From NCBI GenBank assembly GCA_038851755.1, contig JAWCKR010000003.1, positions 44,345-108,344 on the forward strand: 64,000 bases of DNA, written 5' to 3'. This document shows positions 48,106-56,905 of the stretch, one piece after another (positions within the stretch are counted from its first letter, which is position 1; each line of letters starts with the position of its first letter). This stretch comes from Candidatus Hadarchaeales archaeon. GTDB lineage: Archaea > Hadarchaeota > Hadarchaeia > Hadarchaeales > WYZ-LMO6. The notes below the pieces were generated by a model. That model did not search any database. It saw only the letters and a program-made list of their open reading frames with translations, and was not told where the DNA came from. Both the position numbers and the translations under genes were made by a program.

Positions 48106-49362
48106 GTGCCTGACTTGGAGGCAGAGTTCTCCCGCTTGCTCCTCTACCTCTCACTCTGCCTCCTAGCGGCCAAGCTGGGGGGTCTCCTGGCCCTCAGGCT
48201 CAGGCAACCAAGTGTCTTTGGAGAGCTACTGGTGGGCATCCTCCTGGGCCCCTCCGTGGTGGGCTGGGTTTCGAGGGAGTTCTGGGGGAGTTGCTGGTGC
48301 CTGGACCCCCAGAGCCAGGCAGGGATTTTCATCCACTCGCTGGCGGAGATAGGGATCATCACCCTCATGTTCCTCGCCGGTCTCTCCATAGACGTCGATG
48401 AACTCAGGAAAGCCGGGAGACCAGCCACCATCGTGGCGACGCTGGGGGTGTTGGTGGCGTTCCTCTTCGGCTTCTCACTGGCATCGGTCTACAAATGGTC
48501 CTGGAAGGAGGCGGCCTTCGCCGGTGGCATTCTGGTGGCCACGAGCGTGGGGCTGACCGTGAGGTCCCTCCTCGATCTCCATCGCCTGAGCACGAGGGCG
48601 GGAATGGTCATCCTAGGGGCCGCAGTCATAGACGATGTTTTCGGCATCATCATCCTGAGCCTTCTGGTGGGCCTGGTCTACGGGGGAATCTCGGCTTTCG
48701 GGCTCTTCCAGTCCCTGGCCCTCATGGCCGCCTTTTTCATCCTCGTGCTGGTGGGGGGCATGAGAGTGGGGCCCAGAATCCTCGCCCGCGTGAGTCACTG
48801 GAGGGTGGAGGAGGCCACCCTCTCGGTGGGGATGGCACTGGCCCTGCTGGTGGCAGCTCTGGCGGAGACGGTGAACGTGGCAGCCATCACCGGGGCCTTC
48901 CTGGTGGGGCTTGTGCTTAGCCGATCCCCCGTGGCGGGATTCCTGAGGGATAGGGTCTCCACAGTAGGTTACGGTTTCCTCATCCCCCTCTTCTTCGTGG
49001 ACACGGGGATTCAGACCGACCTGGGTGCCCTGCGGGGGCTGGGTCTGCTGGCTCTCCTGCTCTTTCTGGCGGTCTCCGTGGTGAGCAAGGTTGTGGGATG
49101 CGGGCTGGGAGGGTTGCTGGGAGGGCTGGGGAAGAGGGACTCCGTGAGGGTGGGAGTGGGAATGATACCCAGGGCGGAGGTGGCCCTCATCATCGCGGCC
49201 ATTGGGGTGAGGGCGGGGGTGGTGGGGGGAGAGCTTTTTTCCCTCACGGTGCTGATGGTGCTCTTCACCTCCCTCCTCACTCCCCCGCTTCTGAAGTGGG
49301 CCTTCTCGGAGGGGGAAGCTCCATCCGTTCGCAGGGGTTCTCGCAAGGTCGGTGGGGTTTGA
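48106..49362 (+). CDS. Cation:proton antiporter (CPA2/NapA-like)
   Basis: ATSVG, AAVIDDV and GMIPRAEV motifs. Confidence 0.92.
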   Translation: MPDLEAEFSRLLLYLSLCLLAAKLGGLLALRLRQPSVFGELLVGILLGPSVVGWVSREFWGSCWCLDPQSQAGIFIHSLAEIGIITLMFLAGLSIDVDELRKAGRPATIVATLGVLVAFLFGFSLASVYKWSWKEAAFAGGILVATSVGLTVRSLLDLHRLSTRAGMVILGAAVIDDVFGIIILSLLVGLVYGGISAFGLFQSLALMAAFFILVLVGGMRVGPRILARVSHWRVEEATLSVGMALALLVAALAETVNVAAITGAFLVGLVLSRSPVAGFLRDRVSTVGYGFLIPLFFVDTGIQTDLGALRGLGLLALLLFLAVSVVSKVVGCGLGGLLGGLGKRDSVRVGVGMIPRAEVALIIAAIGVRAGVVGGELFSLTVLMVLFTSLLTPPLLKWAFSEGEAPSVRRGSRKVGGV

Positions 49363-49369
49363 GAGGGTG

Positions 49370-49445
49370 TGGTGGGCCCGCTGGGATTCGAACCCAGGAT
49401 CTGCGGTGTGTGAGACCGCCGTCATAGCCGCTAGACCACGGGCCC
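49370..49445 (-). tRNA. tRNA-Val(CAC)
   Basis: GGGCCCG...GCGGT-CTCACAC-ACCGC...GTTCGAATC...GGGCCCACCA. Confidence 0.96.
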
Positions 49446-49543
49446 GTAGAACCTCACTACTTATCCCATAAAGCGTTTATCCCACTTCTCCAAACCCACA
49501 CCTCCACCGAAAGTTAAAATTTCTCCCCCTCTCAGGGAAACAC

Positions 49544-51406
49544 GTGGAGGAGTGGAAGAGGAAGTACCCAGAGAAGTTCCTGCCGGAGGAGGAAATTTTC
49601 AGGCAAATCCGCCGGGGGAGCCGAATCTTCGTGGGCACGGGGTGCGGGGAGCCCCAGCACCTTCTCTCCTCCTTCGTGAGGTGGGTGGAGGCCCACCCCA
49701 AGGCCCTTCCAGGGGCGGAGATCTTCCAGGTCTGGTCCTTGGGGGTCTCGGCCTACACCGAACCCAAGTTCAGGGACAACTTCAGGGCCAACTCCTTCTT
49801 CGTGGGGCCCAGCACTAGGAGGGCCGTGAACGAGGGAGAAGCGGACTATACCCCCGTCTTCCTCTCCAAGGTGCCTGAGCTCCTCAGGGAGGGCTTCATC
49901 CCCATGGATGTGGCTTTCGTGCAGGTCTCTCCACCCGACTTGCACGGGTATGTCAGTCTGGGTGTAAGCGTGGACATCACCAAAGCTGCCGTGGAGAGTG
50001 CGGAGCTGGTGGTGGCGCAGATCAACAGGTACATGCCCAGGGTTCACGGTGACGGTTTTTTCCACCTGGAGGAGGTGGATTTCTTGGTTCCCTGGGACGA
50101 GCCCCTCTTGGAGTACGAGGAGAGGGTGTCGGACGAGGCCTCCCAGAGGATAGGAAAGCACGTCTCGAGGCTGGTGGAGGATGGGGATACCATCCAGGTG
50201 GGCTACGGGAGCATCCCCAACGCCATCCTCTCCAACCTGGGGGACAAGAGGCACCTGGGGATTCACTCGGAGCTCTTCACGGATGGAATGGCGGAGCTGA
50301 TGAAGAACGGGGTGGTAGACAACTCCAGGAAGAGGGTGGACCGGGGGAAGGCCGTGGCAAGCTTCTGCATGGGCAAAAGGTCAACCTACGACTTCCTGAA
50401 CGACAACCCGACGGTGGAGTTCAGAACGGTGGACTACACCAACGACCCCCTCATCATAGCCAGGCAGCATCACATGGTGGCCATAAACAGCGCCCTGGAG
50501 GTGGATCTCACGGGGCAGGCCACGGCTGAATCCCTGGGGGGCTTCTTCTACAGTGGGCTGGGTGGACAGGCCGACTTCATGAGGGGGGCGGCTTTGGCCA
50601 GGCACGGGAAGGCCGTTCTGGTACTCCAGTCCACGGCCCAGGATGGAAAGGTCTCACGTATAGTACCACACCTGAAGGAGGGGGCGGGGGTGACCCTTAA
50701 CAGAGGGGACGTGCAATACGTGGTCACCGAGTATGGCGTGGCCTACCTGCACGGGAAGAGCGTGAGGGAAAGGGCCATGGAGCTCATCCGCCTGGCACAC
50801 CCCAGCTTCAGGCCCTGGCTCATCGAGGAAGCCAAGAAGCTGGGCTTGATCTTCAAGGACCAGACTTACATTCCTGGGGAGTACCCCGAGGAGCTGGAGA
50901 CCACCAAGAGGACGAAAACGGGGCTCGAGATCTTCCTGCGCCCCGTGAAGCTCAGCGACGAGCCCCTCCTGAAGGAGTTCTTCTATTCCCTCTCCGACGA
51001 GAGCATGTACCGCAGGTTCATGTCCCCCCGCAAGGACATGCCTCACGAACACCTGCAGAAGTTCGTGGTCGTCGACTACATCAGGCAGATGATCCTCTTG
51101 GCCGTCCTGAGGAGGGAGGAGAGGGAGGAGGTGATAGGAATGGCCCAGTACGTGCTGGACGAGACCACCAACTTCGCGGAGGTGGCATTCGCCGTGAAGG
51201 ACCAGTACCAGAACCAGGGGGTGGGGAGGGAACTGCTGAAGCAGCTCACCTACATAGCCAGGAGGCGCGGTATCTTCGGCTTCACGGCCCAGGTGTTGGC
51301 CACCAACCGCCCCATGCTCCGTCTCTTCAGCAGCATGAACGTTTCCACGGAGAAGAAGGTATCGGAAGGGGTGGTGGAGCTCAAGATGAGGTTCAGAAGG
51401 TCATGA
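49544..51406 (+). CDS. Acetyl-CoA hydrolase/CoA-transferase fused to a C-terminal GNAT acetyltransferase
   Basis: LGIHSE, EVDLTGQ, GGQADF and VVTEYG motifs; GNAT part with AEVAFAV and QNQGVG. Confidence 0.92.
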   Translation: MEEWKRKYPEKFLPEEEIFRQIRRGSRIFVGTGCGEPQHLLSSFVRWVEAHPKALPGAEIFQVWSLGVSAYTEPKFRDNFRANSFFVGPSTRRAVNEGEADYTPVFLSKVPELLREGFIPMDVAFVQVSPPDLHGYVSLGVSVDITKAAVESAELVVAQINRYMPRVHGDGFFHLEEVDFLVPWDEPLLEYEERVSDEASQRIGKHVSRLVEDGDTIQVGYGSIPNAILSNLGDKRHLGIHSELFTDGMAELMKNGVVDNSRKRVDRGKAVASFCMGKRSTYDFLNDNPTVEFRTVDYTNDPLIIARQHHMVAINSALEVDLTGQATAESLGGFFYSGLGGQADFMRGAALARHGKAVLVLQSTAQDGKVSRIVPHLKEGAGVTLNRGDVQYVVTEYGVAYLHGKSVRERAMELIRLAHPSFRPWLIEEAKKLGLIFKDQTYIPGEYPEELETTKRTKTGLEIFLRPVKLSDEPLLKEFFYSLSDESMYRRFMSPRKDMPHEHLQKFVVVDYIRQMILLAVLRREEREEVIGMAQYVLDETTNFAEVAFAVKDQYQNQGVGRELLKQLTYIARRRGIFGFTAQVLATNRPMLRLFSSMNVSTEKKVSEGVVELKMRFRRS

Positions 51407-51497
51407 GTTTGGGTTAGGGGTTCCTAAACGGATAGGTGAAACGTGGTGCATTTTTGAACCCCTTCGTGAGTTAGAAGGCTTCCTTGAGTCGCAATCT

Positions 51498-51510
51498 TTT
51501 TATATATAAG
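51498..51510 (+). promoter_or_regulatory. TATA box of the ABC-transporter operon
   Basis: TTTTATATATAAG about 25 nt upstream of ATG 51529. Confidence 0.6.
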
Positions 51511-51528
51511 GGGGGAAACATCTGCTGG

Positions 51529-52038
51529 ATGGATACCAAGTGGGGGATAGGGATTCTCGCCATCCTTGGTGGTATCCTACTCTTGACAGGACCTTTTCTG
51601 AATTCCTTCACCACTACCGGCAAAATAGGCGCATTAGAAACGAAAGGGGAGATGATCTGGGCAGAAGATTATCCCATCATCTACCTGTGTGTGCTTGCTG
51701 GTCTGCTGGCGATAGTGGCCGGGGCACTCATAATGTGGAAACCAGCCGTTGCCTGGGGGGGTAGGGCTCTTTTGGCCCTCTCGCTGATCTTCTCAGCGGT
51801 GAGTTTTTCCGTAGCGCTCATGCAAGCGGGAGAGGATATTGGAGTGGAAAGCTTGAAGGCAGGGCTGAGCACCGGACATGGGTTTGGGCAGGGTGGGGTG
51901 CCTTTTGAGGACCTACCCGTTCCCACCTTCACCATAACCCCTGAAATTGGTTCGTACCTCGTGGTGGCAGGCATCGTGCTGGTAGCTCTAGCTACTCCCT
52001 GGTGCCTACATAAAGGGAGGGTGAAGAAAGGGGATTGA
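51529..52038 (+). CDS. Hypothetical four-helix membrane protein
   Basis: Four hydrophobic segments; first gene of the operon. Confidence 0.7.
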   Translation: MDTKWGIGILAILGGILLLTGPFLNSFTTTGKIGALETKGEMIWAEDYPIIYLCVLAGLLAIVAGALIMWKPAVAWGGRALLALSLIFSAVSFSVALMQAGEDIGVESLKAGLSTGHGFGQGGVPFEDLPVPTFTITPEIGSYLVVAGIVLVALATPWCLHKGRVKKGD

Positions 52039-52039
52039 A

Positions 52040-53473
52040 ATGGATTGGAAGCTTCCGGTTGCCGCAGTGATCATTGTCGCCTTGGTGGGGGCTGGGGCGT
52101 ATCTGGCCTTCAAACCCTCTCGCCCCTTCGTTCCAGGTTGGAGCGGTCCCGTGCCCGAGGAGAGAATAAAGATAGGCATCTTCGGCCCCATGGAGTTCTC
52201 CCAAGGTGTTCACATGTGGCGGGGGGCTATCATGGCGGCGGAGGAAATAAACTCCGCGGGAGGGGTTCAGCTGGGGGACAAGAAGGTGCCTATAGAGCTG
52301 GTTAAAGTGGATACCAACGAAATCCTTAGCGCCACGGACGCCAAGGCTGCGGTGGAGAAGGCCATCACCGTTAATGGGGTAGATTTCTGCGTGGGTGGCT
52401 TCAGGACGGAGTCGGTCTGGGGAATGCTCGAGACTGCCATGGATCACAAAAGGATCTGGCTCATTTGCGGCGCTGCCACCACCGAACTCTGCTCAAACAC
52501 CGTGCCTCAAAATTACGATAGGTACAAATATATCTTCAGGATAACCCCCATCAACTCCACTTATCTCTTCTATGTGAGCACGAAGCTGCTGAAAATGGCG
52601 GTGGACGAGGTGAGGGAGAATCTAGGGGTAGCGAAGCCGAAAGTCGCCGTGCTGGCAGAGAAGCTGGCATGGGCAGACAGAATCGTGGACTTGGCCGTCA
52701 AACCTTATCCCGCTTTCGCGGGAACGCCTTACGAAAACAAGAGTCTGCTGGAGGTCTACCTCGGAGTGGAGATGGTGGGGAGCTGGAGACCCTCCAATGT
52801 AGCTACGGACTTAACTTCGGAGCTCACCGCCATCAAGAATGCCGGGGCTCACGTGATCTTTACAGTCTTTTCCGGACCAGTGGGGGTTACCTTCGGTAGA
52901 CAGTGGGGAGAACTGCAGATTCCGGCGGCTGCAGTCGGAATAAATGTGGAAGCCCAGAAAAAGAGCTACTGGGAAGAAACGAAGGGTTACTGCGCGTATG
53001 AGGTAACCATGTGCACCTATGCACCCAATGTGGAAATCGTGGAGAACCTGACAGTCCCTTGGGTTAACTCATACATAGAGAGATGGGGTGACTACCCCAC
53101 CTATGAGGCGGGTACCTACGATGCTGTCTTCCTGATAGCGGAAACAATCAACAGAACAGGGACCAAGAATGCAGATAATCTGGTGGCAGAATTGGAGAAG
53201 ACCGGGAGGAGGGATCTCATGCAGACCTTCCGCAATTTCCCCGACGGGGTGGGTACGGCTGGCAAGCTCACCTTTGACAACAAACATGATGTTGTGTGGG
53301 GTCCTGGATTGGTGACGGGTCTGGGTGCCCAGTGGAGGAGCGGGGAACTGGTGGGGGTACACCCCTATCAGGACGGCACGGGCCCGTTGCCTGGCCTGCC
53401 GGCTTTCGGAACCTATAAGGGCGCCGTGAAGTATCAGCTGCCACCTAGGGTAATAGAATACTACGCTAGATAG
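52040..53473 (+). CDS. ABC transporter substrate-binding protein (LivK/HAAT family)
   Basis: N-terminal anchor, IKIGIFGP, AAEEINSAGGV and GGFRTE motifs. Confidence 0.9.
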   Translation: MDWKLPVAAVIIVALVGAGAYLAFKPSRPFVPGWSGPVPEERIKIGIFGPMEFSQGVHMWRGAIMAAEEINSAGGVQLGDKKVPIELVKVDTNEILSATDAKAAVEKAITVNGVDFCVGGFRTESVWGMLETAMDHKRIWLICGAATTELCSNTVPQNYDRYKYIFRITPINSTYLFYVSTKLLKMAVDEVRENLGVAKPKVAVLAEKLAWADRIVDLAVKPYPAFAGTPYENKSLLEVYLGVEMVGSWRPSNVATDLTSELTAIKNAGAHVIFTVFSGPVGVTFGRQWGELQIPAAAVGINVEAQKKSYWEETKGYCAYEVTMCTYAPNVEIVENLTVPWVNSYIERWGDYPTYEAGTYDAVFLIAETINRTGTKNADNLVAELEKTGRRDLMQTFRNFPDGVGTAGKLTFDNKHDVVWGPGLVTGLGAQWRSGELVGVHPYQDGTGPLPGLPAFGTYKGAVKYQLPPRVIEYYAR

Positions 53474-53493
53474 ACAATATTATTCCTGAGCAC

Positions 53494-54366
53494 ATGATTC
53501 AAGAACTCGTCATCAATGGAGCTGCAACTGGCGGAGTCTTCGCCCTCCTGGCGGTGGGCTTCTCCCTGATTTTCGGCGTGGCGAGGATCATAAATCTAGC
53601 CCATACCGCCTTCTGCATGCTCGCCGCTTATTCCGTTTATGCCTTTTCAAGCATCTACGGTTTAAACTTCTATTTCTCCGTCTTTCTCGCCATTCTCTTC
53701 ACGGCCTTCATAGGAAGTTGCGCTTACAGGATCTGCTTTCATCCCATAAGGGAGCACGAACTGGCCGTGATGGTGGTCTCAGTAGCTTTGGGAGTCTTCA
53801 TTCAGCAGTGCATGGTTCTAATTTTTGGGGGGACCTTCCGCAGCATTCCAAGTTTCGCGTCTGGGTACGTGGAGGTTCTAGGAGTGAGGATTCTGAAGGG
53901 ACACCTCCTAGTGTTGGGGATGGCTTTTCTCTCCCTTCTACTCGTATGGCTGCTGTTGACCAAGACCAAGCTTGGCATCGCCATCAGGGCCACGGCCCAA
54001 GACAGGGAGATGGCAAGCTTAGTAGGAATAAACGTGGGATGGATGTGCTTGGTAACTACGGCGATAGCGGTGGCTCTGGCAGCCTTGGCCGGTACCATGG
54101 TGGGTCCCCTGGTAACCCTCAGCCCCTGGATGTGGCTTCAGCTCCTGGTGGTGGTTTTGGCAGTGGTGGTCTTGGGAGGATTGGGGAGCCTGAAGGGAAG
54201 TCTTTTGGCGGCTTTCCTGCTCGGATACACAGAAACAGCCGTGGTTTACTTCGTTCCGATGGGTTCTTTCCTCAGGGGAGTGGCCTCCCTGGCCGTCATG
54301 CTGATCGTACTCCTGGTGAGGCCGGAGGGCTTTTTCGGGATTTCCTTTGAGGAGGAGAGGTTATGA
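53494..54366 (+). CDS. livH: ABC permease, LivH-like
   Basis: GFSLIFGVARIINLAH and VVLGGLGS motifs. Confidence 0.9.
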   Translation: MIQELVINGAATGGVFALLAVGFSLIFGVARIINLAHTAFCMLAAYSVYAFSSIYGLNFYFSVFLAILFTAFIGSCAYRICFHPIREHELAVMVVSVALGVFIQQCMVLIFGGTFRSIPSFASGYVEVLGVRILKGHLLVLGMAFLSLLLVWLLLTKTKLGIAIRATAQDREMASLVGINVGWMCLVTTAIAVALAALAGTMVGPLVTLSPWMWLQLLVVVLAVVVLGGLGSLKGSLLAAFLLGYTETAVVYFVPMGSFLRGVASLAVMLIVLLVRPEGFFGISFEEERL

Positions 54367-55397
54367 TAGCGACCAATCTTCGAGAGTTTTACAAAAAGTT
54401 CAGGGAGAGGGTGTTGCCCTTACCCTCAAGGGCGTTGACCTTCATAGCCCTCCTCTCCCTCTTCCTCCTCCCCATCTTTGTTGAGAATCCCTACTACCTC
54501 CACATAATGGTTCTCACCAATCTTTTTGCCCTCTATGCCGCCAGCTGGGATTTGCTTTCTGGTTATGCGGGACAAGTCAGTTTCGGGCATGCCCTCTTCT
54601 TCGGGGTGGGGGCCTATTCCGCTGCTCTTTTGAACCTTAACTTGGGATGGAACACCTTTCTCACCATACCTTTGGGAGCACTTATCGCCGTACTCACAGG
54701 ACTGATAGTGGGAATCCCCTGCCTCAGACTGAGGGGGCCATATCTGGCGCTTGCCACCCTGGCGTTTCCTATCATCCTCACGGGAATAATATACGCCTTC
54801 CCCAAGACCACGGGGGGAGAGTTCGGTCTTTCCGGTCTAGCCAAACTCACCTCTTCCCGCGTGCATGACTACTATTTTTCCCTTCTCCTGATGCTCATCG
54901 GGGTATTCATAATATGGAAGGTGACTGAGTCCAAAATAGGAATAATCCTTCATTCCATCAGAGAGGACGAGATCGCGGCGAGGGCCTGCGGCATTAACAC
55001 CTCAAGATACAAGCTGTTGGCCTTTTCCTTCAGCGGATTCTTTGCAGGGCTGGCCGGAAGCTCCTTCGCTCACTTCATGAGAGCCGTAGGCCCCCTTGTC
55101 CTTGACCCCACCATTTCCTTCCAGGCCGTGATATGGACGGCTTTTGGGGGAATGGTCTCCATCTACGGAGCCGTGGGAGGGGTTTACATTCTGTATCCCC
55201 TGATGGAGTTCTTCCGCATAACCCCCCAGATACGCATGCTCTCCTTCTCCATAATAGTCATCATAATCCTTCTCCTCATGCCGGAGGGAATGCTGCGTTG
55301 GATCCGAGATAAAGTGGAGAAGGAATGTCCCAGGTGTAAGAACAGAAATGCGGTGACCAGAGAGACATGCAGAATCTGCGGTGCCCCCCTCGATTAG
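54363..55397 (+). CDS. livM: ABC permease, LivM-like, with C-terminal zinc ribbon
   Basis: GYAGQVSFGH, LRLRGPYLAL and IREDEIAA motifs; CPRC..CRIC tail. Confidence 0.9.
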   Translation: MIATNLREFYKKFRERVLPLPSRALTFIALLSLFLLPIFVENPYYLHIMVLTNLFALYAASWDLLSGYAGQVSFGHALFFGVGAYSAALLNLNLGWNTFLTIPLGALIAVLTGLIVGIPCLRLRGPYLALATLAFPIILTGIIYAFPKTTGGEFGLSGLAKLTSSRVHDYYFSLLLMLIGVFIIWKVTESKIGIILHSIREDEIAARACGINTSRYKLLAFSFSGFFAGLAGSSFAHFMRAVGPLVLDPTISFQAVIWTAFGGMVSIYGAVGGVYILYPLMEFFRITPQIRMLSFSIIVIIILLLMPEGMLRWIRDKVEKECPRCKNRNAVTRETCRICGAPLD

Positions 55398-56143
55398 AGC
55401 CCCAGATAGCTCTTCCTTATGGTTTCGTTCTTGAGGAGCTTCTCTTTGCTTCCCGCGACCACCACTTTTCCTTGTGAAAGCACGTAGTTTCTACTTGTCA
55501 GGTTGAAGGCGAAGCTTGCGTCCTGCTCCGCGATGAGGATCCTCACCCCAGTTCGCTGGATTTCCTTTATCCCTTCTATAAGATTTTTCTTCATTTTTGG
55601 GGCAAGGCCCAAGGACGGCTCGTCGATGCACAGCAGCTTGGGTCTGGACATGAGGGCCCTTCCCACAGCGAGCATCTGTTGTTCTCCCCCGGAAAGAGTT
55701 CCGGCCACCTGGTTCCTCCTCTCCTTGAGAATGGGAAAGAGCTCGTAAACTTTCTTCAGGTTTTCCTCTATTTTCTTCTGATCCTTATAGAAGTAGGCAC
55801 CTGTTTTCAGGTTTTCGAGCACCGTCATCTCTCTAAAGATTCTCCTCCTCTCCGGGCAGTGAATCAAACCCATCCTCACTATCTGGTGGGGTAAAAGCCC
55901 ATCTATCCTCTTTCCCTCAAATCTTATTTCCCCCTCCATCGTCACGTTTCCTCTCTTGGTGCCCCTCATCACCTCCCTCTGCCATCTTACCAGTCCCGTT
56001 ATGGCTCTGAGGAGCGTGGATTTGCCAGCTCCGTTCGGGCCCAGAACTCCCACCGATTCCTTCTCTCCCACTTCCAAGCTCACGTTGTTGAGGATCATGG
56101 CGCTTTCATAGCGAACGGTGAGGTGCTTCACTTCCAGCAGCAC
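55394..56143 (-). CDS. livF: ABC ATPase, LivF-like
   Basis: GPNGAGKS, LSGGEQQML and DEPSLGLAP motifs. Confidence 0.92.
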   Translation of the reverse strand: MLLEVKHLTVRYESAMILNNVSLEVGEKESVGVLGPNGAGKSTLLRAITGLVRWQREVMRGTKRGNVTMEGEIRFEGKRIDGLLPHQIVRMGLIHCPERRRIFREMTVLENLKTGAYFYKDQKKIEENLKKVYELFPILKERRNQVAGTLSGGEQQMLAVGRALMSRPKLLCIDEPSLGLAPKMKKNLIEGIKEIQRTGVRILIAEQDASFAFNLTSRNYVLSQGKVVVAGSKEKLLKNETIRKSYLGL

Positions 56144-56905
56144 TCAAATCTCCTCCCCCAAGTAGGCTTTTATCACCTTTTTGTTCCTGACTATTTCCTG
56201 TGGCGTTCCCTCAGCGATAATTTCACCGAAGTTCAGCACGATGACCCTGTCCACTATTTTCATGAGTTCGGCGAGCTTGTGCTCCACGATTACCATGGCA
56301 GGCCCTTCGCTATGAAGCCTGCCGAATCTCCCGCCTTCGTGCAACCTCCTTATAGATTTCGCCAGGAGTTCGGTTTCGGCGGGGCTCAATCCTCCCAGTG
56401 GTTCGTCGAGAAGGAGAAGCTCGGGTTCGGTGGCTATGGCCTTTGCTATCTCCAGCCTCTTCAAATCTCCATGCGAAAGAGAAGATGCAGGCTCAAGCCC
56501 CATGTCGGCTATTCCCACGAATTCCAAAGCATCCCTTGCCCTGGCTTCGGTCAACTTGAGCCATTCCCCCCTCCTCGCGGCCCTGGGAGAGAGACAGGAA
56601 ACCATGACATTGGCTATCACGGGCAAGCGGCGGAAAGGTCTGGCCCCTTGAAACGTTATGGCTATTCCCCTGTTGACCACTTCGTAGGGCTTGAGACCTG
56701 TTATGTCTTCCCCCCTGAAAATTATCTTCCCAGAGTCAGGCTTGAGGAGTCCTCCTATGAGCTTGAGTAGGGTGGTCTTCCCAGCCCCGTTGGGCCCTAT
56801 CAGTCCCACTATTTCATCCCTCTCCACCCTAAAACTCACTTTGTTCACGGCCACTAACCCGCCAAAGCTCTTGGTCAGCTTTTCAACCCTGAAGAAGTCA
56901 CTCAT
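56144..56905 (-). CDS. livG: ABC ATPase, LivG-like
   Basis: GPNGAGKT, LLLLDEP, VEH and AYLG motifs. Confidence 0.92.
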   Translation of the reverse strand: MSDFFRVEKLTKSFGGLVAVNKVSFRVERDEIVGLIGPNGAGKTTLLKLIGGLLKPDSGKIIFRGEDITGLKPYEVVNRGIAITFQGARPFRRLPVIANVMVSCLSPRAARRGEWLKLTEARARDALEFVGIADMGLEPASSLSHGDLKRLEIAKAIATEPELLLLDEPLGGLSPAETELLAKSIRRLHEGGRFGRLHSEGPAMVIVEHKLAELMKIVDRVIVLNFGEIIAEGTPQEIVRNKKVIKAYLGEEI

